Shown in pieces: positions 47,786 to 56,204 of a stretch of DNA of 64,000 nucleotides. Location: assembly GCA_030059675.1 (NCBI GenBank), contig JANVYQ010000003.1, positions 96,001-160,000 on the forward strand. The letters are read 5' to 3'. The first letter of the stretch is position 1. Each line of letters opens with the position of its first letter. The notes beneath the pieces are model-generated. The model saw only the letters and a program-made list of their open reading frames with translations. It searched no databases and was not told the DNA's origin. Made by a program: the position numbers and the translations under genes. The DNA comes from Candidatus Pelearchaeum maunauluense (GTDB taxonomy: Archaea > Thermoproteota > Nitrososphaeria_A > Caldarchaeales > Caldarchaeaceae).

Positions 47786-47899
47786 TGCGGGGGGTGGGAT
47801 TTGAACCCACGAACCCCTTCGGGACAGGGTCCTAAGCCCTGCGCCGCTGGTCTTCCCAGCTTTTGGCTGGGTTATTTGGCCAGGCTTGGCAACCCCCGC
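47786..47899 (-). tRNA. tRNA-Leu(TAG) with a 29-nt D-loop intron (about 47847-47875)
   Basis: GCGGGGG/CCCCCGC acceptor stem, CAGGG-CTTAGGA-CCCTG anticodon arm, long variable arm, GTGGG-TTCAAAT-CCCAC T arm. Confidence 0.92.
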
Positions 47900-47907
47900 C
47901 CCTCTTA

Positions 47908-48885
47908 TCATGCTATACCATGGTCTGTTCTTAAAGATTTATGCTTATGTCTGGCATGTATGTAGTGGTTCGCCAGCTCTGCCGCGAGTTTGGTCGTTTG
48001 GTCTTGCTGGTCGTTGGGTGGTGAGACCTCCATTATATCTAGCCAGCGGGCATTCAGCGACGATGCAAAGCTGTAAATCATGTATATCGCCTCCCAGGAG
48101 CTCATACCGCCTGGAGATGGGTGGTCTGTGCCAGGGGCGTAGGCCTGGTCAAGCGCGTCTATGTCAAAAGTAATGTAAATAGACTCAACTCCCTTCATCC
48201 ATCTTACAATTTCGCGCGTAGTTTGTTCAAGTCCCTTAGTACGTAAGTCCCATACAGTTATGTAGCGTATCCCCATGTTCTTCACGTGCTCTATGTAATG
48301 ACGCGAGTATAGAGAGCCGCGTATCCCAATCTGAACCACATTAACGCCTTTTAACACGTTTTCGTCAAGCAGCCGTCGTAACCAAAAGCCGCTATGCTGT
48401 CCCCACCCAGTTCTTGTATCGTGATGAGCATCAAACTGGATGAGCCCTACATCACCACCGCTGGCTCTTTTAGCGGCTCTTATCAGCTCATAAGTAAGAG
48501 AGTGGTCTCCGCCAAAGGTTAGAACATTCTCAGCGCTTCTGAAGACTTTATCAGCAACCTCGGCTAAACGTCTCATAGTTTCGTGAAAATCAACGATATT
48601 CACCTCCACATCACCACAATCATAGACACCTTCTATAATCTCGCTATCATGCTCAACCAAGTAATTGGTCTTTGAGTAGAGGTATTCCCTTATTCTTGAT
48701 GGAGCGTATCTAGACCCCCTGCGATGCGATACAGTACCCCCATCAAACGGCACGCCGAGAATAGCCAGCCATACCCCACCCTCACCATCCCAACGCCTCA
48801 CCACATCACCCAACCAACGCACATTAGGGTCCGGGAAGAACCTATAGCCACCTAGACGAGGTTCAGAGAGATACCTCCGCGACAT
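47908..48885 (-). CDS. Agmatinase/formimidoylglutamase-family ureohydrolase
   Basis: GVPFD, GSR.AP..IR, GGDHS, DAHHD, DIDALD..YAPGT..P.PGG; ATG at 48885 (track start 48903). Confidence 0.85.
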   Translation of the reverse strand: MSRRYLSEPRLGGYRFFPDPNVRWLGDVVRRWDGEGGVWLAILGVPFDGGTVSHRRGSRYAPSRIREYLYSKTNYLVEHDSEIIEGVYDCGDVEVNIVDFHETMRRLAEVADKVFRSAENVLTFGGDHSLTYELIRAAKRASGGDVGLIQFDAHHDTRTGWGQHSGFWLRRLLDENVLKGVNVVQIGIRGSLYSRHYIEHVKNMGIRYITVWDLRTKGLEQTTREIVRWMKGVESIYITFDIDALDQAYAPGTDHPSPGGMSSWEAIYMIYSFASSLNARWLDIMEVSPPNDQQDQTTKLAAELANHYIHARHKHKSLRTDHGIA

Positions 48886-48944
48886 GACAAGCAAAACCCC
48901 CAAACACAGGATTTAAACACCGCAAGGCCCATACACTAATCAAG

Positions 48945-48952
48945 TTTATAAA
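48945..48952 (+). promoter_or_regulatory. TATA box of tRNA-iMet
   Basis: TTTATAAA ending about 35 nt upstream of the mature tRNA 5' end. Confidence 0.5.
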
Positions 48953-48986
48953 CACGCACAAACAAACAGTATAATAAGGAGGGTTC

Positions 48987-49064
48987 AGCGGGGTAGGGTA
49001 GCCAGGTTAACCCGCCGGGCTCATAACCCGGAGATCCCTCGTTCAAATCGAGGCCCCGCTACCA
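48987..49064 (+). tRNA. Initiator tRNA-Met(CAT), CCA encoded
   Basis: AGCGGGG/CCCCGCT (A1-U72), CCGGG-CTCATAA-CCCGG with three G-C pairs, TTCAAAT T loop, ACCA end. Confidence 0.95.
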
Positions 49065-49105
49065 CCCTCCATTAATCATTATATTTTCTTGATTAATGCA
49101 CCATA

Positions 49106-49675
49106 TTGGTTGTTTATGTTTCTTTATCCATGGCAGTATTAGCGCATGGTCGTGGTTTTCTAATACCGCGGACGTGGGCTGGCCCTGGTGAGGAGACTCT
49201 CTATGCCATACACGTAACAGCCGAGAAGGCTGGAGTAGCCAGCTTCAGACTAATGGTTCCTGAGGGATTTAGAATATCGTTGGATGATGTGATAAGGAAA
49301 TGGGATTGTGAGTGCTTTACAGACGAGCAGGGATTTGTTAAAGCATTAAACTATGCTATATCAATACCGAAAAATGAATACGTGGAATTTGACATCTTTA
49401 CCGCCAAGAATCCAGACAAACCAGGTAAGTATAGGTGGATTCTAATAGTAACGTACGCGGATGGAAGTAAAGAAATTTTTGAACAAGACCTATGGATAGC
49501 AGGTGCGGGAAATAATCTCCAAACTCAGCTAAACATTATTATGATTTTACTGATTCTACTTCTTGTTGGTGTGGTAGGAGTTCTTACTTTTATTTTAAGA
49601 AGACGTAAAGAAAAAATATATGATAAAAACGGCATACATGGCAAATTGTTAAATACCCGCAAGAAAATAACTTAG
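49106..49675 (+). CDS. Membrane-anchored surface protein, YcnI/DUF1775-like
   Basis: Signal-like N-terminus ending LAH, F.AKNP..PG.Y.W....TYADGS, C-terminal TM then RRRK; AT-rich. Confidence 0.55.
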   Translation: MVVYVSLSMAVLAHGRGFLIPRTWAGPGEETLYAIHVTAEKAGVASFRLMVPEGFRISLDDVIRKWDCECFTDEQGFVKALNYAISIPKNEYVEFDIFTAKNPDKPGKYRWILIVTYADGSKEIFEQDLWIAGAGNNLQTQLNIIMILLILLLVGVVGVLTFILRRRKEKIYDKNGIHGKLLNTRKKIT

Positions 49676-49684
49676 GCTTAGAAT

Positions 49685-50242
49685 ATGAGCAAGTATGCAC
49701 GATTATCGGTTGAACTCCAAACCATGCTACGGTTGGAGAAACCGCCAATAGCTATATCATTTAGCCCCCAAGCCAAACAAGGTCTAAAGGAGAGTAAAGA
49801 TACCGTCCCTTCCAGCTGCACTTTTTGGGCTAAAGCACTCAGCGAGACATTCTACACAACACGCGGACAACATCTAAACTGTAGTATAGGCTCCGTTACG
49901 CATGGTATTAAGAAACCTGACGAAGTAATGCCCGAATGTGGATGCGGTGATGTTGAGATGCTCATTAATGCTGGTTGGATTACCCGCGATTCAATTACAA
50001 GACTTCCACAAATGCCTATGAATGAGGGAACCATATCCTATGGTCCTTCAGCTCACGCTCCCTTTGACCCTGATGTGGTTTTAGTCTTCTGTAACGCGGA
50101 GCAGGCTATGTTTATTGTTGAAGCTGTGGATTCTCATAAGACTATGGGAAAGCCCACATGCGCGGCTATACCAGAATCCTATAACAATAATACACTCGTT
50201 GTGAGTCTTGGATGCACGGCGAGTAGGCTTGGTAGTGGCTGA
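49685..50242 (+). CDS. DUF169 family protein, apparently C-terminally truncated
   Basis: L.LEKPPIAI.F, SSCTFW, H.NC.IG, FDPDVV, GKPTCA.IP, SLGC..SR then stop within the next gene. Confidence 0.7.
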   Translation: MSKYARLSVELQTMLRLEKPPIAISFSPQAKQGLKESKDTVPSSCTFWAKALSETFYTTRGQHLNCSIGSVTHGIKKPDEVMPECGCGDVEMLINAGWITRDSITRLPQMPMNEGTISYGPSAHAPFDPDVVLVFCNAEQAMFIVEAVDSHKTMGKPTCAAIPESYNNNTLVVSLGCTASRLGSG

Positions 50243-51545
50243 GGAGTATCAATCCAAAACGATGAACTCTAAACGGTTGTATGAGAGGGCGCGGCGCTAT
50301 CTCCCAGGAGGAGTTACGTACGCTGTTAAGTATTGGGAGCCGTATCCGGTGTATGCTAAGAAGGCTAAGGGGAGTAGGATATGGGATGTTGATGGTAACG
50401 AGTATGTTGATTTTTGGATGGGGCACTTCGCTATAATAATGGGCCATGCCTATGGGCCTGTTTTAGACGCCGCGCGTGAGCAGATAGAGCTTGGCGCGCA
50501 TCTGGGGTATTGTCACGAGTGGGAGATTGAGCATGCGCGGATTATTTCTGAGATGTCTCCCTGCGTTGAGCTCTTCAGAGCTACGAATAGTGGGACAGAA
50601 GCCAACATGTATGCCGTACGTTTAGCGCGAGCTTACACCAAGCGTAGCAAGATTGGGAAGTTTGAGGGAAACTGGCATGGCGGGTATGATGCGCTTCATA
50701 AGGCTGTCAACCCTCCACTTGATAAGCCGCCCTCACTTGGGTTGACCGAAAGTACGCTGAACGACACTATAGCTCTGCCGTATAATGATATTGATGGTGT
50801 GAGGAGGATAGCCAAGAAGGAGTCGTTGGCGTGTATTGTTATTGAGCCTATAATGGGTGCTGGAGGATTCATACCTGCGGAGAGAGAGTTTCTAAGGGGC
50901 TTACGCGAGCTGTGTGATGATGAGGGAATACTGCTAATCTTTGATGAAGTTATAACAGGCTTTAGACTCGCGCGGGGAGGTGCGCAAGAATACTATGGGG
51001 TTATTCCAGACTTGGCGGTTTTTGGCAAGACGATAGGCGGTGGGGTCTTTCCTGCTGGAGGGTTTGGCGGTAGAGCGGAGATAATGGAGCTGCTAGACCA
51101 TACTAAGGGAAGAAAACCCTATGAGAATGTTTTCCATGGAGGAACATACGCGGGGAATCCCCTCTCAACCAGAGCTGGCTATGTGGTGCTATCGGAGCTC
51201 AAGAAGGGTGAGGTTTATCCGAAGATAGACGGGCTGGGAGAGAAAGCCCGTTCAGGCCTTAGGGAAATCTTCGCGAGATACGGAATAACAGCCCACGTAA
51301 CTGGGGTTGGCTCAGTCTTTGGAATACACTTCACACAAGAGAAACCACGCGACATTAGGACAGCTACACAAACTAGGGATGTGGAACGCTGTAAACGCTT
51401 CTTCCGACATCTTATATCAAACGGAATACTGTTCCTAAAGCCCGACAAGCCTGTCTTCTCCATCTCAGCCGCGCACTCCGACGAAGATATAGAGAAGCTT
51501 CTAAGCCTTGTTGAGGATTTCGCCAGAAGAGAGGCTAAACAATGA
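50235..51545 (+). CDS. hemL: Glutamate-1-semialdehyde aminomutase-like class III aminotransferase
   Basis: LPGGV, WDVDGNEYVD, NSGTEA.M.A.R.AR, FDEVITGFR, FGKTIGGG, GTYAGNP; GTG at 50235 (track start 50208). Confidence 0.8.
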   Translation: MAEEYQSKTMNSKRLYERARRYLPGGVTYAVKYWEPYPVYAKKAKGSRIWDVDGNEYVDFWMGHFAIIMGHAYGPVLDAAREQIELGAHLGYCHEWEIEHARIISEMSPCVELFRATNSGTEANMYAVRLARAYTKRSKIGKFEGNWHGGYDALHKAVNPPLDKPPSLGLTESTLNDTIALPYNDIDGVRRIAKKESLACIVIEPIMGAGGFIPAEREFLRGLRELCDDEGILLIFDEVITGFRLARGGAQEYYGVIPDLAVFGKTIGGGVFPAGGFGGRAEIMELLDHTKGRKPYENVFHGGTYAGNPLSTRAGYVVLSELKKGEVYPKIDGLGEKARSGLREIFARYGITAHVTGVGSVFGIHFTQEKPRDIRTATQTRDVERCKRFFRHLISNGILFLKPDKPVFSISAAHSDEDIEKLLSLVEDFARREAKQ

Positions 51546-51593
51546 AAGGTATCATGTATTAATTGATGATGTAAGAGTATCTCTAGTCGGTTC

Positions 51594-52964
51594 ATGAGGG
51601 TGAAGCTAGCCGCGACCATAGGGCCAGCCTCGGCGTCTGATGAGGTTGTGGAGAAGCTAATTTTAGAGGGCTGCCGTATCTTTAGGATAAACTTCAGCCA
51701 TGGTAGCCCTGAGCTTTGGCGTGGCTGGGCTAGGAGAATCCGTGAGATAGCAGGTAGGTTGGGTATTGAGGTGGCGTTGCTCGGAGACCTTAAAGGCCCC
51801 TCTATAAGGCTTGGTGTTCTTCCGAAGCCGATACGCCTAACCGCGGGTGAGGAGGTGAGTTTTGCGAGAAACCCGCAGAATGAGCGTGAAATCCCGCTAC
51901 CAGAGCAGCGTGTCTTCCAGCAACTAGCCGCTGGAGACATGATAGTAACCGACGACGGCTGCGCTCTGCTACAGGTTCTTGAAGTTAAGGAAGATAGTGC
52001 CCGCGTAAGGGCTCTTACCGAGCTTGTGCTCTCCTCCCGTAAATCCATAGTAATACGTGGGAAGGAATTCCCAGTAGAGGAGCTATCCAGCGAGGATGTT
52101 GAAGCCCTGAAAATAGCTGTTGAGGAGGATTTTGACCTGCTCGGCATGAGCTTCGTGAGTAGAGCACGCGACCTGACCCTCATGCGGGAGAAGATTAACG
52201 AGCTCGGCGGTGAGCTTGAGATTATAGCCAAGATAGAGACCCCCTCTGCCGTCGCTAACATAAGCGAGATAGTAAATGCCGCAGACGCCGTGCTAATAGC
52301 GCGTGGAGACTTGGGAATGTATTTCTCACTTGAGGAGGTTCCGAAGCTACAGAACAAGATAACACAGGCTAGTTTAGCTGTTGGGAAGCCTGTTATGGTT
52401 GCGACTCAGCTACTGGGCTCTATGGTTAACGCGCCAGTTCCAACTAGGAGTGAGGTTGTTGATGTGGTGAATAGCGTTAGGGAGGGCGTTGATGTTCTAT
52501 TATTAACGGGCGAGACTGCCGTAGGAAAGTATCCTGTTGAGGCTATACGGTGGCTTCGTAGGATTGTGGAGGGCTATGAAAGTGAGGTGGCTAGGCAGGA
52601 GTATAAGTTGGATAGTGTGCTGGGTGATAGGTTCGCGATGGGTGTTGTATCCCTTGCCGAAAGCCTAGACGCGACACTCGCGGTATATACAAAGTCTGGA
52701 AGCATGGCGCGTAGAATCTCACGCTTCAGACCAAAAACACGCGTATATGCAGCTACTCCCTCAAAGAAGGCTCTACGCAAGCTAAACATTCTATGGGGAA
52801 TACAGCCAATACCCGTTGATTCTCAGGAATACGGAGACGGACTTAACGAGCTTGAGGACAAGCTTGTTAAGCTGGGCTTAGTAAGTAAGGGCGAGACGCT
52901 GGTTCTTACGTATGGTCTTATAGATGAGCCATTTCACATAGTTAAAATTATACAGATAGCATGA
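51594..52964 (+). CDS. pyk: Pyruvate kinase
   Basis: ATIGPAS, RINFSHG, DLKGP.IR, AKIE, ARGDLG, ATQLL.SM, PTRSE, GETA.GKYP. Confidence 0.95.
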   Translation: MRVKLAATIGPASASDEVVEKLILEGCRIFRINFSHGSPELWRGWARRIREIAGRLGIEVALLGDLKGPSIRLGVLPKPIRLTAGEEVSFARNPQNEREIPLPEQRVFQQLAAGDMIVTDDGCALLQVLEVKEDSARVRALTELVLSSRKSIVIRGKEFPVEELSSEDVEALKIAVEEDFDLLGMSFVSRARDLTLMREKINELGGELEIIAKIETPSAVANISEIVNAADAVLIARGDLGMYFSLEEVPKLQNKITQASLAVGKPVMVATQLLGSMVNAPVPTRSEVVDVVNSVREGVDVLLLTGETAVGKYPVEAIRWLRRIVEGYESEVARQEYKLDSVLGDRFAMGVVSLAESLDATLAVYTKSGSMARRISRFRPKTRVYAATPSKKALRKLNILWGIQPIPVDSQEYGDGLNELEDKLVKLGLVSKGETLVLTYGLIDEPFHIVKIIQIA

Positions 52965-52975
52965 GATGAATCTGG

Positions 52976-54429
52976 TTGGCTAGTCGAGCTGAGAGAAAAA
53001 CTAGAGGGAGGCCATCGCGGGTATTAGCGGTATTAATCCTAGCTTAGCTCTTCGCATTCTCCTTCCTAATCTATCTAATAATCATTGGACCATCTGCTCA
53101 ACGTTCAGAGATGTTTGTAATAAGTGGGCCAATAATGGGCTTCAGCCCATACGTTGTGGAGTATGAGCTCCCCATACCTAACTCTGGGCCTATGGGTATA
53201 GTGGTTGATGATAGGGGAGTAGTGTGGGTAGCTGCTGCTAACGCTACTTCTCTCATAAGCTTTGACCCTGTGGAGAATGTTTTTAGACGCTATAAGATAC
53301 CCATGAACCAGACTGGGACAATAATTGGATGATTGACATAGACCCTAGCGGTAGGCTCTGGTTTCCCAGCACCTCTGATAATTCCGTCCGGAGCTTTGAG
53401 CCCAGAAGTGGAGAATTTACGCGCTATGAGCTTCCTTCACGCAACGCTTTTCCGCTACAACTGGATATAGATGACGCTGGGCGCGTGTGGGTTGCTGAGT
53501 TATCTAGCGGTAAGATAGCCGTGATAGAGCCTGAGGATGGCCTGATAAAGGAGTATACCTTACCCAAGCATGGTGAAGGCGCATTAACACCTGCGCCTGT
53601 CTCAATAGTGGTTGATAAGGATGGCGTGGTTTTGGGTTTCTGAAAGAGCTTTAGGCAGATTGTTTAAGTTTTACCCAGATGAAAAACGGTTTGAAGAGAT
53701 TCAGCTCCCAGAGACTATCTTCACGCCAGTGAGCTTGGGAATAGCGCCTGATGGCTCGTTGTGGTTTACGGATTTTGAAGAGCTTATGGGAAGCGTATTC
53801 ATACAGTTTGACCCATCAAGCGGCCAGTTGAAGAGGTTCTCCACATATCCCAAGAATGGAAATCCATCGCTCCCGCTCTCACTCTCTATAGATGATGTTG
53901 GAAATGTTTGGATTCTGGAACAGGCTGGGAATAGAATCGCAAAATTCAGCCCCCGCCTCAACACGCTGCTTGAGTACGAGCTTCCGAGAGGAAGATTAAC
54001 CTCATCACTCAACATAATACAGTTCATAGTAGCGCGGGATGGACGCGTGTGGTTTACGGAGTACTCGGAGAATAAGATAGGGTTTATAGATGCCCTAAAG
54101 ACTATCCCATTCAGCGTCTCATTATCACAGAACTATGTGAAGACCAAGCCAGGAAGCGTGGTTAAGGTTGATGTGTTTATAATAGGCAAGCCGAAGACAT
54201 CCGTACACTTCATGGTTTCTGGAACCCTCTCACCGTTGGGTAGGATAATAAATGCCACAACAAGCTTTTCCCCAGCGTCATAATAGAGAAATACACACAA
54301 ATAACAACGCTCACCATAGCTCTCCACGATAACATTAAACCAGGAAACTACACCCTAACAGTAGGAGCATCAGACGGGCAAGTCATTAGCTCGGCTATAC
54401 TATACCTAGAAATAAAGAACCGGAGCTGA
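52976..54429 (+). pseudogene. Membrane-anchored Vgb-like beta-propeller protein, disrupted by one amber stop and three frameshifts
   Basis: Repeats P.GI.VD..G.VW / D..G..WF.E across ORFs 53111, 53329 and 53612; TTG start 52976 with TAG at 53045 in the TM anchor; C-terminal ...PGNYTLTVGASDG...* ends 54429. Confidence 0.75.
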
Positions 54430-54433
54430 ACGA

Positions 54434-54505
54434 AGCCCCGGGCGGGATTTGAACCCGCGGCCGCCGGCTTACGAGGCCGGCGCTCTACCGCTAAGCTACC
54501 GGGGC
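54434..54505 (-). tRNA. tRNA-Thr(CGT)
   Basis: GCCCCGG/CCGGGGC acceptor, CCGGC-CTCGTAA-GCCGG anticodon arm, GCGGG-TTCAAAT-CCCGC. Confidence 0.95.
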
Positions 54506-54585
54506 TGCTGCACAACTATGGTAATGGGGATATAATAGAGTTTTGCCTCACAAACATAAATTCCGCTTCACTGTTATCAGGTTGT

Positions 54586-55761
54586 ATGAGTGAAGAGCTC
54601 CCCGCTGTGGGGGAAATTCTCATCCGCGAGTTTGAGAGCATTAATGTGGACGATACTCTTACTAAGGTTGCTGGGATTTTCTCGGAGAAGGATACGCCTA
54701 TAGTCGTGGTTCTTGACGGTAGCAGTGAAGGGCGTGTTTATGGGATTTTGACGGAGAGGATACTGTTACGTCCGCATATAAACATGGCGGAAGCTAAGGC
54801 CAAGTCATTCGCGATAAAAGCGCCTAAGCTTACGTCATCCTCAAGCATAACTGAAGCGGCGCGCCTAATGCTTGAGAACAACCTAAAAGCGCTACCAGTA
54901 ATGGAGGATGGAAAACCAATAGGCATAGTTACTGTGGATAAGATAGCAGAAGCAGCTCGGTCTGTTCTCCAGAAGACTCTGGTGAGAGATGTTATGACGA
55001 AGAACCCTGTTACCGTGAAGGCTAACGATACTATAGGTAAGGCTATATCGTTGATGCGTGAGATGGGTATATCGCGCCTGCCTGTTGTTGAGCGGGGAGC
55101 GCTCCGCGGCATAGTAACTGTTCATGATATAGTTGAGAAGGTTATCAAGCCCCGCGAGCGTGCCACCAGAGGGGAGACTGTAGGCGAGAAGGCCAGAACT
55201 CTAAGCAACAAGGTCTCGGAGATAATGTCAAAGCCTGTCATAACAGCGTCGCCGCGCGAGCCTGTTATAAAAGCGCTGCAAAAGATGAGCCGCAACGACG
55301 TCTCCTGTCTTGTCGTAGTTGATAACGGCTCCGTGGAGGGAATAATAACAATGATGGATGTGCTTGAGCCGATAGCGCGGCTAGCAACAAGACAGGAGCA
55401 GGGAATATCCATACAAGTATCATACAAGATGGAGCATGTAGATTTTGATGATAAAGACAGGGTTATGGCTATAGCGGAGCGTTTCGTCAAGCGCTTTAAC
55501 GAGTCGCTGGGAAATGGTTTCCTAACGCTATACTTCAAGGAGCATAAGGAGAAGCATGGTGATATGCATCTAATACACTGTAGAGCACGTCTTAAGACGG
55601 ATAAGTATCAATTTGTTGGAACTGGAGAAGCCTGGCGCGCAGACTTTGCTGCGAGATCTGCTTTGGAGCGTATAGAGAGGCAGTTCCTACTCTCGCGCAA
55701 GCTTGCCTCAAAATACCCATACGCTGACGAGCTGCTGGAGCGGCTGGCAGAATCATACTAG
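54586..55761 (+). CDS. Four-CBS-domain protein with C-terminal HPF/RaiA-like domain (putative ribosome hibernation factor)
   Basis: CBS repeats (LPV.E.G...GIVT..D, V.DVMT.NPVT); C-terminal ~100 aa with CRARL.T....F...GE.W.A..A...AL..IERQ. Confidence 0.8.
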   Translation: MSEELPAVGEILIREFESINVDDTLTKVAGIFSEKDTPIVVVLDGSSEGRVYGILTERILLRPHINMAEAKAKSFAIKAPKLTSSSSITEAARLMLENNLKALPVMEDGKPIGIVTVDKIAEAARSVLQKTLVRDVMTKNPVTVKANDTIGKAISLMREMGISRLPVVERGALRGIVTVHDIVEKVIKPRERATRGETVGEKARTLSNKVSEIMSKPVITASPREPVIKALQKMSRNDVSCLVVVDNGSVEGIITMMDVLEPIARLATRQEQGISIQVSYKMEHVDFDDKDRVMAIAERFVKRFNESLGNGFLTLYFKEHKEKHGDMHLIHCRARLKTDKYQFVGTGEAWRADFAARSALERIERQFLLSRKLASKYPYADELLERLAESY

Positions 55762-55931
55762 TCGCTAGACTCCCTAGATAATCTCTCATACTCCTCAACG
55801 CTCATTTCAATTATGAAAGGCCCAACATAGCCGCAGCCGCCGCACCTATACAGCATACCCAGAAAACCGCCCAGATGAAGGCTTAGATTCACGCCCTTAC
55901 ACTGGGGGCATACCTGAAGCTTACCACCCAT
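55758..55931 (-). CDS. Small zinc-ribbon protein
   Basis: 57 aa from ATG 55931: CPQC...YRCGGCGYVGP; the longer track ORF overlaps the tRNA. Confidence 0.75.
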   Translation of the reverse strand: MGGKLQVCPQCKGVNLSLHLGGFLGMLYRCGGCGYVGPFIIEMSVEEYERLSRESSD

Positions 55932-55977
55932 CCAACAACCCACAAACACGACTCCTGATATATAGTTTATTGATACG

Positions 55978-56098
55978 CGGGCCCGGTGGGACTTGAACCC
56001 ACGACCTCCGGCTGTCTTCCCACCTTTTTCTCTGCCTAGGAGGCCCGAAGGCTTGCGCATGCCCTTCGGCGCCCTCGTCCATTCTAGGCTACGGGCCC
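55978..56098 (-). tRNA. tRNA-Arg(TCG) with two introns (29/30: 56053-56066; 37/38: 56014-56044)
   Basis: GGGCCCG/CGGGCCC acceptor; spliced arm CCGGC-CTTCGGA-GCCGG; both junction pairs form BHB central helices (GCGC/GCGC and CTTC/GAAG). Confidence 0.88.
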
Positions 56099-56204
56099 CT
56101 TGGTTTCTATCTAGAACGAGCATAAAAGCATATGATATGAAGGTGTTACGTGGGCATATCGCTGATAGTTCTCCCAGTGTCTTCGGCCAGCAAGCCTTTT
56201 AGAG

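Noticed and set aside
46860-50242. Intact provirus or integrative element at tRNA-Leu/tRNA-iMet
   Set aside because: No integrase, replication or capsid genes and no duplicated tRNA 3' end found; only remnants are supported.
51215-52357. 380-aa antisense ORF, and other long shadow ORFs such as 565-1188 and 20839-21354
   Set aside because: Lie opposite well-conserved genes, are Ser/Arg-rich and have no motifs; typical antisense shadows.
47032-53047. In-frame TAG codons at 47032 and 53045 as pyrrolysine/amber recoding
   Set aside because: Both genes carry other lesions (truncation, frameshifts), TAG ends many intact genes here (e.g. nuoA, rtcA), and no pyl genes are in the window.
55932-56202. 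ORFs 55993-56202 and the N-terminal extension of 55758-56123
   Set aside because: They overlap the intron-containing tRNA-Arg; only the 57-aa zinc-ribbon part looks coding.
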